Part shown: one piece after another, positions 14,223-25,804 of the stretch
How positions within the stretch are numbered: the stretch's first letter is position 1
Layout of the letters: each line of letters starts with the position of its first letter
Assembly (NCBI GenBank): GCA_010405405.1
Contig: MU004243.1
Location: forward strand, 1-64,000
Source of the DNA: Microthyrium microscopicum
Lineage: Eukaryota
Length of the DNA stretch: 64,000 nucleotides
Direction of reading: 5' to 3'
The notes under the pieces: generated by a model
Database searches by the model: none
What the model was told of the DNA's origin: nothing
The model's input: only the letters and a program-made list of their open reading frames with translations
Made by a program: the position numbers and the translations under genes

Positions 14223-14690
14223 ATGATAGTTCTGAGATGAGAAAAGAAGAAGCGCCGTCGTGTCTGGTCATGTAAAATAGTATCCACTGATGGCATTTCG
14301 TGGTTTGACTACTCTTAAGAATAAGGCCGAAACTTGGTCCAGCCTTTTAGGCTAGATAGATACCAAGAACCAATGACTTACCGTTAATAACACAGTGTGT
14401 CTGTGAAGTCTGTAATGTATGGCAATGACCTGAGCGCCGGACAGCTTTAACCTTGTATCATCGTCGGAAGGGCGCATGCTAGTCTGGAATACATCTACGA
14501 CAGCAGAATGTAAGACTGTCCTGATACTTTTATCTACGTGAAAGTCGGCTTGACTAGAGTACTCTGATAGCCGGTTGTCCAGATGCCTAGTGGAGTCAAA
14601 TAAGCTGGCTGGGTGGTTGATTGCATGCCTCTAATGTTACGCGTAAGCGTGCTGTACATATTCAAAAACACCGAACTTCCTAACAATATT

Positions 14691-14761
14691 GCTTCGGTGG
14701 TTTAGTGGTAAAATCCATCGTTGCCATCGATGGGCCCCGTGTTCGATTCACGGCCGATGCA
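14691..14761 (+). tRNA. tRNA-Gly (anticodon GCC), intronless
   Basis: GCTTCGG-TGGTTTAGTGGTAAAATC-CATCG TTGCCAT CGATG-GGCC-CCGTG TTCGATT CACGG-CCGATGC-A folds as a cloverleaf with A and B boxes. One acceptor-stem mismatch (T3:T70). Confidence 0.92.
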
Positions 14762-15409
14762 CATTTCGTTATGTACGTCTATGTGCAATATGACATTTAA
14801 ATATGTCGATTTACTTTTTTGCATTTCGAGAAATTTTGAGGTGCTTGATTTTTTTGTTGATGCTTGAGATAGGAGGAGTTTTAGCAAGAAGCAGAGTTAG
14901 AATTGTACGGTAACCAGTAATCGAATCACATCAAGGCATGCCAACAAATAATAAAGTAACTTGAAGGAGTTGACCGATCACATCGGATCCGGCCTCATCG
15001 GGTTTCCTGTGCAGGTGTGTGATAATGCAGACCATTCTGCTCTCTGCAGGTGCAATGCAGAGCATACTCTATCCTCACATTTTTGGTCCTAATTGTTTCA
15101 AAAAGACTCCACCGTGGACGGAGAGGAAGAATTTCTTATATGGTGATATGGTGCTTGCGAGCTTGCCGTCAAAAAGAGCACAATATGTAAAGACACAAGA
15201 CTATGCAATTCAAGAGGTGATACTGAAGAAAGAGTTTTAGAATTGAACTAAGCATCGAAACATTACACAACCTATCAAGTCGCCATGTCCCCCCACAAAC
15301 GTGTCATATCATCCTTTATCCCATGCGGTGTACCGTTTGGAAGTCCAAAGACAATGAATTAGTTGACCACCAAGTCTGCCATAATCCACAATTGACCGCT
15401 GGAAGGACG

Positions 15410-16147
15410 TTAGATCTGCGCGAGGCCTCCATCGACAGCAACCTCACTGGCAGTCATAAAGCTGCTGTCAGATGATGCGAGGAAGGCAGCGACTGCTCCA
15501 AGTTCCGCGGGATCAGCCATGCGCTGAAGTGGATTGGCCGCTCCAAAGGCCTTCATGCCTTCTTCGCCAAGTGCCGCCTTTGCGAGCTCAGTTGCCGTCG
15601 GTCCAGGCGACAGGACGTTGACTCGAATGCCAGTACCTTTAAGGTCCTCTGCCCAGGTTCGAGCCAGATTGCGAACAGCCGCCTTGCTCGCGCTATAGAG
15701 GCTGAATCCTGGAGCGCCCGTAGTGCCAGCGCTTGATCCAGTCAAGATGATCGAGCCGCCCTTGCCCATGAGTGGGAGAGCCTTCTGGACTGTGAAGACT
15801 GTTCCCTTGATGTTGGTGTCTAAAACCTCATCGCAGTGCTCAACAGTGATTTCGCCGAGCTTAAGAGGGGCTCCTGTCCCAGAATTGGCGAGCACAATGT
15901 CGAGTGTTCCGCGCTCGGACTTGACTGCTGCATAGAGTTTGTCGAGGTCGGCCATGTCGGAGACGGAGCCCTGGATTGCGCGGGCATTGGGTCCGAGGGT
16001 GGCTAGAGCCTTGTCAAGTGCCTCCTGTCGGCGGCCGAAGATGAAGACGAAGGCGCCCTCCTCGATGAAGCGCTGCGCAGATGCGAGGCCGATGCCAGTT
16101 GCGCCACCCGTGATTACGGCTGTCTTTCCAGTGAGTCTAGAAGTCAT
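15410..16147 (-). CDS. Classical short-chain dehydrogenase/reductase, intronless
   Basis: 245 aa from the ATG at 16147 (MTSRLTGKTAVITGGATGIG). Has TGxxxGIG, catalytic YSASK and C-terminal VDGG. Confidence 0.93.
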   Translation of the reverse strand: MTSRLTGKTAVITGGATGIGLASAQRFIEEGAFVFIFGRRQEALDKALATLGPNARAIQGSVSDMADLDKLYAAVKSERGTLDIVLANSGTGAPLKLGEITVEHCDEVLDTNIKGTVFTVQKALPLMGKGGSIILTGSSAGTTGAPGFSLYSASKAAVRNLARTWAEDLKGTGIRVNVLSPGPTATELAKAALGEEGMKAFGAANPLQRMADPAELGAVAAFLASSDSSFMTASEVAVDGGLAQI

Positions 16148-16713
16148 GATGTGGATGTTGGTTGGAGTTGTTGGCAAATGTAGAAGAAGCTATAAGGCTG
16201 AAAAGTCTGAATTCGGTATAGCGTAGTAAGGCTGAGTTGCAGTGTTGTATGAGTATGAAATTGGAAGAGGATTATGAGAGTCCTCGAGGACGTATATATA
16301 CACAATTGGCATTATTAAAGCATTCTATCTGCTTTGAAATCATTTGAAATTCATTCGAAATGTTATGAGAGACTGTCGCGCAGTTTATACAGAATGGGGA
16401 TTCAATGTCGAATGCCAAGACATAAAAGTTGCCAGTTATCTGGAAGCAGCAATGCATTTCTGTGCAGTGCAGATCCCTTTTGATCGACCAATTGCTAAAG
16501 CTGAACTGCCAAGACATAAAAGTTGCCTGGCTTCTCAATGCAGAAAGATCGGCGTAAGCTATAGCTTGTGCTTTGGCTCTCCACCCTTGTGACGCATTTG
16601 TCATCGCTTCATACTGGAGACCAGAATGGAAAGTTGGCAACTTTTTTATACTTTCAACAATCTCGCTTACACAGACCAATTACGAGATCTGGAAGAATAA
16701 ACATTGGTTAAGA

Positions 16714-18541
16714 ATGCATGCGAATGAGTGCTGGGCATGTGGAGGTACAGCATCTTTTTTATGCGGCGTCTAGCAACCAATGTACTCAGATGCTACAGAT
16801 TCCAGAGCAATATGCAACCGCGAACGCCCACGTTGTTCCAGATGTGCTAAGTTAAATAAACCATGTCGGTATGGGTTACGTCTGTCATGGCCAAAGAAGA
16901 CTAGCACAAAGCGCAGCTTGACGTATCCCGTTCAAGATGTGTTTAACAAGGCAAAAACTCGCCATCAAATTAGCTTTCTGAATGCGACAACATGGGATAT
17001 CCAGCTTCACGAATACCTGCGGATGAATCAAGGTCTGCTATCATATGTAGCACGAAAGACTTTCCGCTAATAGGCAGTGACAGGGCTTGGTAGTCATGAG
17101 AGATCTATACTTAACAGAAATGATCCTCCTATAGCGCTATCATGGCTGCCAAATAAACTAGGATATGAGGAAAGAGAACTTCTTGATCACTGTAAGCTTG
17201 GTAAATATAGACTATGGTCAAGCTAAACCTTGCAGTCATATGTACGGCGACTTCGACACTGGCTGTTTTCGAGCGCGACAAGAACGAATTCCTGAGCCTC
17301 TTAATGCGATTATTTCTGTTCGATGATTCACCATCCTCAGCAGCTGTTCTACAGTCGGCATTAGCTCTCTCTTCATTTCATCGTAATGGTCTTCGAGCAG
17401 ATGTTTTCCGATTCAGAGAACGCGCACTCCACACGCTAGTCACATCTTGCGATGACTCTACTGAGAGTCTAGTTCAGCATGTTGCTGCTAGGATGATATT
17501 GTGCCATCTTGAGGTACGTTTGAGGTTACTGTTGCATGTTTTAGATGAAACACTAATACGAGCTCAAGATGAATGAAATGTCAGACGACGTTTGGTTCTG
17601 TAAGTGATTTACAGTCTTCCCATTCCTTGTCAGGCTGAGTAGCTTGATCCTTCCGGATCATTGCTAATCTACGAGTTTCATTCTAGGCCATGTCGTTGGA
17701 GCCAAGAAGTTGATTGACAGCGTAGGGGTCGAAAATCAAATATTCCAAGGGGAGCTATCAAGACTTATCGCTTGGGCAGAGTACCACATGGTCATGAGCC
17801 GATTCAGTCTCAGACACTGGTATATAAATAAGCAGGCTGTCCAAAGAATCCAAAAGGTCTCACCTATACAACAAGAGACTTGTCTGCTGACAAAGGTATG
17901 GCCCTAAAATATGCGAAAATATGTTCTTCTACAGTTACTGATCTTATATAAACTAGATCAAAGATGTCTCATCTCACTCACATGATATCCTTCGGCACTT
18001 GTATATCATGTTCGAGATGATCCAGGACGCAACAAACTCGTCATATCACAGTGACGAATACGAAAATTTCTTAAGCTGTTTCGAGAATAGCTTGTCAATT
18101 ATTGACACACGGGCGCCAGCTAGTACATCCGATTCAGTATCCAACTCGAAAATAGAATGGGCGGCTACGATAGAACTCTTTAAGCTATCTGGTCTCATCT
18201 ACCTAAAAAGGGCATCGCGAAACTTTTCGGGACACTCCTTGGAACTCGACACGATGGTTCAGAGGGCATATGTACTTCTTGACAACTTGAGGATCTTCAG
18301 CTCGGGGTGGCCACTGCTGATCATTGGATGCGAAGCGAGAACAGATGAGCACAGAATGATGGTCCTAGAGCGTATTGAGAGAGCACAGACAAGCTCAAAT
18401 TCGAGGAGCTTGCTTGAGCTTCGGAGTATTCTTGAGCAAATTTGGGTTCAGGATGATCTTGCTACGGGGTATGAGCTCAGCTACTTGAACAAACTGGACG
18501 CTGTTATAGGCTCATACTCAGTCATACCAAGTTTTGTTTAA
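16714..18541 (+). CDS. Zn(II)2Cys6 transcription factor with fungal-specific C-terminal domain
   Basis: After splicing the first intron the reading is CWACGDSRAICNRERPRCSRCAKLNKPC (C-x2-C-x6-C-x6-C-x2-C-x6-C), then YGLRLSWP. C-terminal WPLLIIGCEARTDEHR...WVQDDL. Start and internal exon boundaries are approximate. Confidence 0.82.
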
Positions 18542-18842
18542 CCTAGCAGCGCTTTTTTATGCAGGAGATATGATGAGCAGAAAGAGGTTTTCCATGAGAT
18601 ATTGTTGATCGCTGATCAAATTATTCGTGAATTAGATAAGACGCAGCGGACTCTCCTCCTACAAACCATATCCAACCCGTCAGTATATTGTAACATTATG
18701 TCAATTCCTTTTCCCGTCCTTCCGATACAGATCATGCAAATCGTTCCTCCATATAAATATAGTTCGCTTCATAATCCCAATCATTTCCCATATCCCAACG
18801 CCATCGCTATTAACAATGCATCAAAAAAGCCAATCGAATTCC

Positions 18843-21800
18843 TCACAGCCCAGCGATGAGCCCGACCAGGCCCAAGATCAAGCCAAATCCAACCTTGGAC
18901 TCTGCTCTTGCTCCTAGGTACAGTGCATCTGCATCTGCCTTCTTCGTCGCACCAATTCCTGACGCGATTGCATCACCAGCTCCTCGTGACGACGACGAAC
19001 TACTTGTCTTACTTGTAGTTGTCGTCGAATTCGTCTTCGAACTACCGGTGGTCGATGCGCTCGCTAGTGTTGTCGTCTTGCCATCCACGACGACTGTACC
19101 AGAGGTTCCAACGGATATGGTATGGCCGTCACTGAGCGTAGCTACTTGACCGGGCGTCAGCGTCTTTCCACCAACGATGATGGCGCCATTGGCAGCGGGC
19201 GTGATGGTCTCGCCTCCAATGACTGTTGGTGCCGCTGCGGTTACTGGCGCGATCGTGGCGGTGTGGCCGTTGATCACGACAGCGGATCCTCCTGATGCGA
19301 CGGACACGACTTGCCCATTGGCGAGTGTTGCGCTGGAGCCAGGGAGGATGGTGGTGCCAGAAATGACTACTGCGCCACCGGGAAGAGGCGTAACTGCTGA
19401 GCCGTCGACTGTGATGGGGGTGGATCCGGAGGGAACGACTTGGACGGATTGTGTCTGGCCGTTTACTACGACGGCGGAGCCTCCTGGAGCCACGGAGACG
19501 ACTTGCCCGTTGGCTAGTGTGGTGCTGGATCCAGGCAGAATGGTTGTGCCAGCTACAATGACAGCACCGCCAGGGAGAGGCGTGACTGCTGAACCATCAA
19601 CAGTAATTGGTGTGGAGCCAGCGGGTATAACCTGGACAGACTGTGTTTGACCATTGACTACGACTGCCGACCCACCGGGTGCAAGTGAGATGGTTTGGCC
19701 GTTAGCCAAGGTGGCCACATTCCCGGGTAAGATAGTAGTACCAGCGACAACAACGGCACCTCCCGGAAGGGGTGTGACTGCACCGGCGCCATTGACTGTT
19801 ATCGGTGTGCCTGCGTTATTGGGCGAGTTTGGTGACAGGCCTGGGATCGTGGCGGTCGCGCCATTGACAACTACAACACTGCCACCTGCGCCGACTGATA
19901 CAGGTTGACCGTTGGCGAGAGTCGCTACTCCGCCAGGCTGTATTGTTGTGCCGCCAATGACTACAGCGCCACCAGCGATAGGGGTAATTCCAGCACCATC
20001 AACAGTGATAGGCGATCCAGTTCCTGGTTGTTGGCCACCTGCGGCAACAGTGGCCGTGGAGCCTCCGACTACAACTACACTACCTGGGCCAACAGATGCT
20101 ACCGTGCCTCCTGCGAGGGTTGCAGCTTGACCAGCAGCCAAAGTCGAGCCCCCGATAACGACACCGCCTCCAGCAACTGGTGTGACAGCTTGCCCACCAA
20201 CATTTACGGGAGTCGCAACAGCCTGGCCACCCTGTCCGCCTTGCACGTTAATAGTTTGACTGCCTACAACAACCTGGCTACCGCCCGGAGCAACAGATAT
20301 AGGGGCTCCATTTGATCCAGTCCCAGCCTGACCAGGAGCAATAGTTTGACCACCAGCTACAACTCCACCGCCAGCGACTGGAGTAACCGTCTCGCCTCCA
20401 GCAATAAACGGCCCACTTCCTACTGCTGGAGTTCCATTTTCGCCGGATCCAGTTCCGCCTCCTTGTCCACCTCCTGCTGGAAGTTCCGGTGCTGGTGTAG
20501 GGCCTTGTTGTTGAGGTTGAGGCTGTACAGGGTTATTTGCGCCGCCATTGGGAGTGGGTAATGATGCAGGAACAAGACCTGGGTCAGTTGTGCCACCACC
20601 GTTGACTGGATCAGTCTTTGCATTTGCGCCACCGCCTCCAACTGGTTGTGTTGCTTGAAAGTCTGCTGGTACCTGAATGAGTGTAGGAGGAGCTGTATTT
20701 GTCAATATTGAAACAGTCTGGAATGATAGAGCTTGTGGAATCACGGTTTGCGTCTGTCCGGGTGCTGCGGTCCCCGTGGGTGCGGGTGGGCCTGCTACTG
20801 AGGTCGGTGCTATGGATTCTGCTGCTGATGAGAGTTCCGCGGGTATCTGAGGTTGGACAAGTGGAAAAGATGAAGGCGTAACGGATGCACATGGAGCTAC
20901 GTTGGCTTCTTGAGAAACAGTCGCAAGAGCAGCAGATTGTACGGACGCCGTCGCGACCTTGTCGTTTTTGTTGACGGCGGTTGGAGTGGCAATGGGAACA
21001 GTATAGCTAGATGGTTTACAGCTATCTTTGTTTGTGCTAGTTACTGGAACTCCAACGCCTTCGACGCTGGTCACGATATAATACGTAGTCGGCGCAGTTC
21101 TGTTTACGGTCAGTAGGATACTGAGAATAGCTCGGTGCAAACCTACAAGATTTGGCCACTAAAAGTCCATGTCGGCTCATTAACTGAGGGAGTTGCAAAA
21201 GGGGTGTTGGAAGACAGTGTAATATTAGGTTGGAAGTTCTCAATCAACGAGCTCGTCACAAAGGTTGTACCATTGGGATATTGATACGTGATTGGTAAAA
21301 GTGTTGCAGTAACGCTTACGGTGCTGATAGTAATGCTTGTTTTGGAATACGTGAGCAACGCACCAAAGATTCTGTACCCGCAGCCTTGGGTACATGTTGC
21401 ATGATCTGTGTTATTGGATGGTCTTAAAGAAGAATGGGTCGAAGAGCCCGAAGACGTGGACGGTCGCGAAGTTATAGTCCTTGAAGAACCTGTGGATATA
21501 GAGCTGTTTGATGTAGAAGATCCAGACACTGAACTTGATATAGTCGACCCAGATGCTGAAGATATTGATTTAGAAGGTCCTGAGGAGGAAACACTTGATA
21601 TTGATGCGCCTGACGCTGATGTACTTAATGAGGCTGTGCTTGGTTTAGACAAACTGTTCCCTGACGATTGAATTGATGTTGATGAAAGAATTACTGAGGA
21701 AGAAAGCAACGAGCTTTCTACTTTGGCGACAGCGCTGGACGGAGTTGTGGCAGGGGTTGTAGAATTGGTATATGGTCCAGCTATAATCCATAGTCAGCAG

Positions 21801-21905
21801 TGTACTGGAACATGCATGGAGAAAAGCGTTCTCACCGCTGGCAGCTTCTGCTGTGCCTGTCAGCAGAAGTAGGCCATAAAGACCCAGACTGTGCAGTGGT
21901 ATCAT
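18843..21905 (-). CDS. Secreted, probably GPI-anchored Ser/Thr/Gly-rich cell-surface protein with internal repeats
   Basis: Signal-like start MIPLHSLGLYGLLLLTGTAEAAS. Intron 21835-21781 and a second intron near 21145-21100. Ser-rich stalk, repeated TPITVDGSAVTPLPGGAVV...TLANGQxVSVAPGGSAVVVNG units and a hydrophobic tail GFGLILGLVGLIAGL. Confidence 0.85.
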
Positions 21906-24630
21906 AGATATGGTTTCTGCTTTGTAAACAATGTATCTCCAGTAGACGAAGGCGCACGAGGGTAATAAAAGCCCAAAAACTACGTTGAGCACTTGCTAGT
22001 GGCTCTAGCCCCTGAGATAGATCAACGAGAGTTGGAGAACATGAGACGAGAAGCAACAACCGCGACAAGAACGGCGCAGGTAAACAGTATAGCGAAGGTC
22101 ACGATTTGAGAAACAGAAGAATGATGAAATGATGATTAAGAAAGAAGTGTGAGTTGAGCAGCTTGAAGGGTGAAATGAGCTGGGGGCTGAAAATGGCTTG
22201 GTGGACTCGGCCTAGGCCATGCACGTTGTCCACTGCGTTGTGCTTTACACAACTCTCAAACCAAGGAACTCAGCCCAGTCAGCACTGAGCCCGGCCACTA
22301 TTTTGATAGATAGTATTCATAGGACACCGATTACGACATGGAAGAATAGCTGTCGAAAGATGAGGACCACAAGTTGCTCAATTCGGAGCCATGACGGAAG
22401 TTGGAACCGTAAAGCAATTTTTCATCATTAGCAAAATCTCGCTCCTTCATCAAGCCATCCGGAATATGCAGCGTCTGCCAAGATGTAGAGCAAGATATAG
22501 AAGGCAAGGGTGATAATTTGGCAAAATCTTGCACAGTTGCAACACTGCCACAATTCAGTTGCATCCGAAACGCATCTAAAATAGAGACACCAAGAACCAA
22601 TAGAACCTCCAAGGTCCAACCCTACGCCCGACGACCCCGGACAATTGATCATCATTGGCCGCAGAATGGGTTCAGCTGCAGTAACTTCATGTCCGATGGC
22701 ATGCACAAGTGGGCAAGTCAAGCGTGGCTGCTCTGCAAGGAGATAAATGTCCGCAAAGTCTTCTCCATGGAATCTTGGTCGTACGCGTGTTCTTGGTGGC
22801 ACTACTCTCCATATGAAGGACTCTGCCCAGCAGTTGTTGTGAGATTGTCTTGAAAAAGGATGGATTGTGGTTCATGAACTGTTGTAAGAAGTTACGACTT
22901 CAAGTTTGGTTTGATTCGGGACTGAACCATATCCCAGGCGTTCGGTGTCGCCGACCACATGGCATGGAATCTAGCTTACCAGCTGTGCTTATCTAGGTAT
23001 CTACAGGGAGTTGTTTACTTGATTTATGGCTATCAGATGCATTATCATGTTGTACTTGATGTTGGTTAAACTTGGTAATTCCATCGGGCCTTCTAGGTAT
23101 ACTCTTTTATTTGGGCATGCTTGTTACTAGTCTTTGACCTTGTAATGTCAGACACAAGCTTGTATTTTGAAGTACTCTTTGTACATTAGAATCGATAATT
23201 CGCTTGTAGTCAGTCCCCTTCAAGTATTTCCCTGCGAGCGATCATCGCACAAAGTGGAGGTACACATGGTACAGCAACTTGAATTCTCGCTAAATATTCC
23301 ACATTTTGACATGGTTGTCCTAGTTCAGTGTATCAATCTTCTGATATGCATAGTATCGCAATTCCCAATACTCAAATGTTAGAGTTTATTCCAAATGAAT
23401 GATGGTAGACCGCCGTGCAGCACATAGCTTAACCCGGTGTTTTGATATCGGATCGGATGAGACTTGTGTAAATTCCAGCATTTTAGTAACCATTTTCAAG
23501 GCAAGGAACAGAGAAGGATAGCTCAAAAAATCAGAAATGGATTCATTCTGCTAGAAGACTACTTCCAAGTCACCAAAGACTCAAAAACTGCAAGAAAAGA
23601 AATCCCCGACAACCCCGATTGACCCCATGACCTTCTGGTTGCCCTTTCGCCCAAAGAGGAAACTCACGATAGATAATTGAAGCAAAAAATACAACCTTAG
23701 CTCCAACGAGCTAAGATTGTAATAAAAGCGTATTACCGCTTTTTGCTATCTAAGAAGAGTGCGCTAATTAGTCATCCACAATTAAGTGCGGTGGTAGTTA
23801 ATTAGGTAATGTTTTTGCCACTCTGTAATTTTCAGCCACTTGCTGACAAAGAGAGTCGATAAAATCGACTCAATCAATCTGTCAACAGGGCGATGGGGAC
23901 CTGCTTTGTTAGTACGAAAACCATTCCGGTGTTTGAGTATATGTAGTGCAATGTGTACTCCTGTTTCCCAAAAAAAATCCCTCGAACTCAATTTCATGTT
24001 TTCTAGTTATATGTTTGAAAGTAGAATTACATTTGGTATTCACTTTATTCTCCAAAATCTGGCTTCTGAGGCATTGGGTTTAACGTTTATTTCATTCACG
24101 TCTAGTACTGTTAGATCTATAGCGATGAAGTTCTCATTGCACTGCCAACTGTTTACTTCAGCAGAGCACCCTGTCCTTGAATCCAACGAAGCGATATATG
24201 CCTCTTTGGACGTCTGGACTTCTCATGGCTTCCTGGATTTTAGTCTCACGTGAAAATCCTGGTCAGTACTTCGTGAGTTTTGTTGGGTCTAGAGTGGTTT
24301 GGCTGGCACTGTTTTAGTCTAGCCGACTTTATACAATGGAACATCGAGTTCCAGCTGGCTTGATACCCAATTCCCGAAGGGAAGATTGGGGCCATATGGG
24401 TTTCCAGGACCTTTTATTGTCGATAAACTGCAAACTGAACATTCGCATCCGGCTGTTGTGCCAATCCAGGCGGAAAAGATGAGGCGGGCTTGACCGCATA
24501 TGGTGTGTATTGGTCATTGGAGCCGCTTGTTGTAGCTATGGTGGAAGCAAAATCCAGATTAATGAATCCCAGTGGCCATGGGAGTGTTGATGCTGAAAGA
24601 CGTCAATCATATTGACACTGCGACAATCTT

Positions 24631-25278
24631 TCAAGTTTGGTCAAGCTTCCGTTTTGACTTTTTCGTAAATCGTTTTTGGCTGTACTCCTCGAAAGTAATT
24701 CCTTTTGCTTCTGCCTTCGCAGCGTATTTCATTCTTTTCTTGTCGCTAAGTGTTTTGGCCTTCATGCGTAGCTCAACAATCTCCTCGGCAGATTCAACCG
24801 TCTTCTGAGCCTTCCGAGATTTTCTGCGTTTGGTTTTCACGACTTCCTCGTCCTTGCTAAATGTCGAATCCTCCGAGTTTCCAACTATTGAATCACTTCG
24901 CTCCTTTCCAGCCTCCCTATCCTTCTTCCTCCTTTTAACCTTCCTTTCATCATGACCATCCTCCTCATCGAAAGTCGACCCAAGAACCTCGCCTCTCGTA
25001 AAATGCCCATACAGTCCACCCTTCTTCACACCCACAGCCTTCACGCTCTCCAACATGCCCCCATCACCACTCCCATCATTCATACCACGTAATGCCGCAT
25101 CAAATGCGCGAAGCCACCACTGATCTGCTTGTCGCTCCGCCTGGCGCTTGGAGCCGAGACCGCGTGCATCGGTTTTGTGGGAGACGAGGAGTGGGCGCGC
25201 GAGACCACGGTCATGTGTATCGAGGGAGTAGCCTAGACCGCGCCAGCCGTAGGATTTGAGATGGGCGGAGGCGTCCAT
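24631..25278 (-). CDS. G-patch-like nucleolar protein (Tma23-like)
   Basis: N-terminus MDASAHLKSYGWRGLG...GLARPLLVSHK...GLG...QWWLRAFD...LYGHFTRGEVL followed by a Lys/Arg-rich tail. Confidence 0.8.
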   Translation of the reverse strand: MDASAHLKSYGWRGLGYSLDTHDRGLARPLLVSHKTDARGLGSKRQAERQADQWWLRAFDAALRGMNDGSGDGGMLESVKAVGVKKGGLYGHFTRGEVLGSTFDEEDGHDERKVKRRKKDREAGKERSDSIVGNSEDSTFSKDEEVVKTKRRKSRKAQKTVESAEEIVELRMKAKTLSDKKRMKYAAKAEAKGITFEEYSQKRFTKKSKRKLDQT

Positions 25279-25804
25279 TGGCGAACGAAAGTGGTTGTAT
25301 GGAGAATTTGTGGTGGTGGTGAGGTTGGATTTTTTGGGGAAGATGTTGAAATTTTGGAGGGCTAGTGCATGGTCTGTGCTTTTCGGCGATGAAAGACGAG
25401 TTATTGAGATATATTTTTTAGTTCATAGCATCTATCTTGGAAAATTGGAGACGATGCTGTAGGCAAAGCAAATAAGATGCAAGTGCAATCTTGGACTGGT
25501 TTCTTAGTTTGAAGACCTCAAATAAGCATAATGGGTCTATCGCGAAATAAAGTACCTGGATAGCTTCAGCCTTATTCCAGCCTTGCTGTCACTGGAGTAG
25601 TTCTTCGATAAAGAGACCATCTCCTCGTTTCAATAGACACCAGCTCGTCGGTCTCATCAAAATAAGAAAACTGTTTTCTTCACATAATCAGCCAGGCTTC
25701 ATAAACATCGGTATATTCGACAACATTGAAGATATAAAATCTATCCAGGCGCCCTACAATGCATCGCTCAAACCAAAGCACCAAGAAAAAGGCCCATCTC
25801 TCCA

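Noticed and set aside
18856..21671. Plus-strand ORFs including an acidic 87-aa ORF
   Set aside because: Antisense shadows of the repeat-rich cell-surface gene.
22000..24600. Several 60-137-aa ORFs
   Set aside because: No recognisable motifs or consistent splice model, so treated as intergenic.
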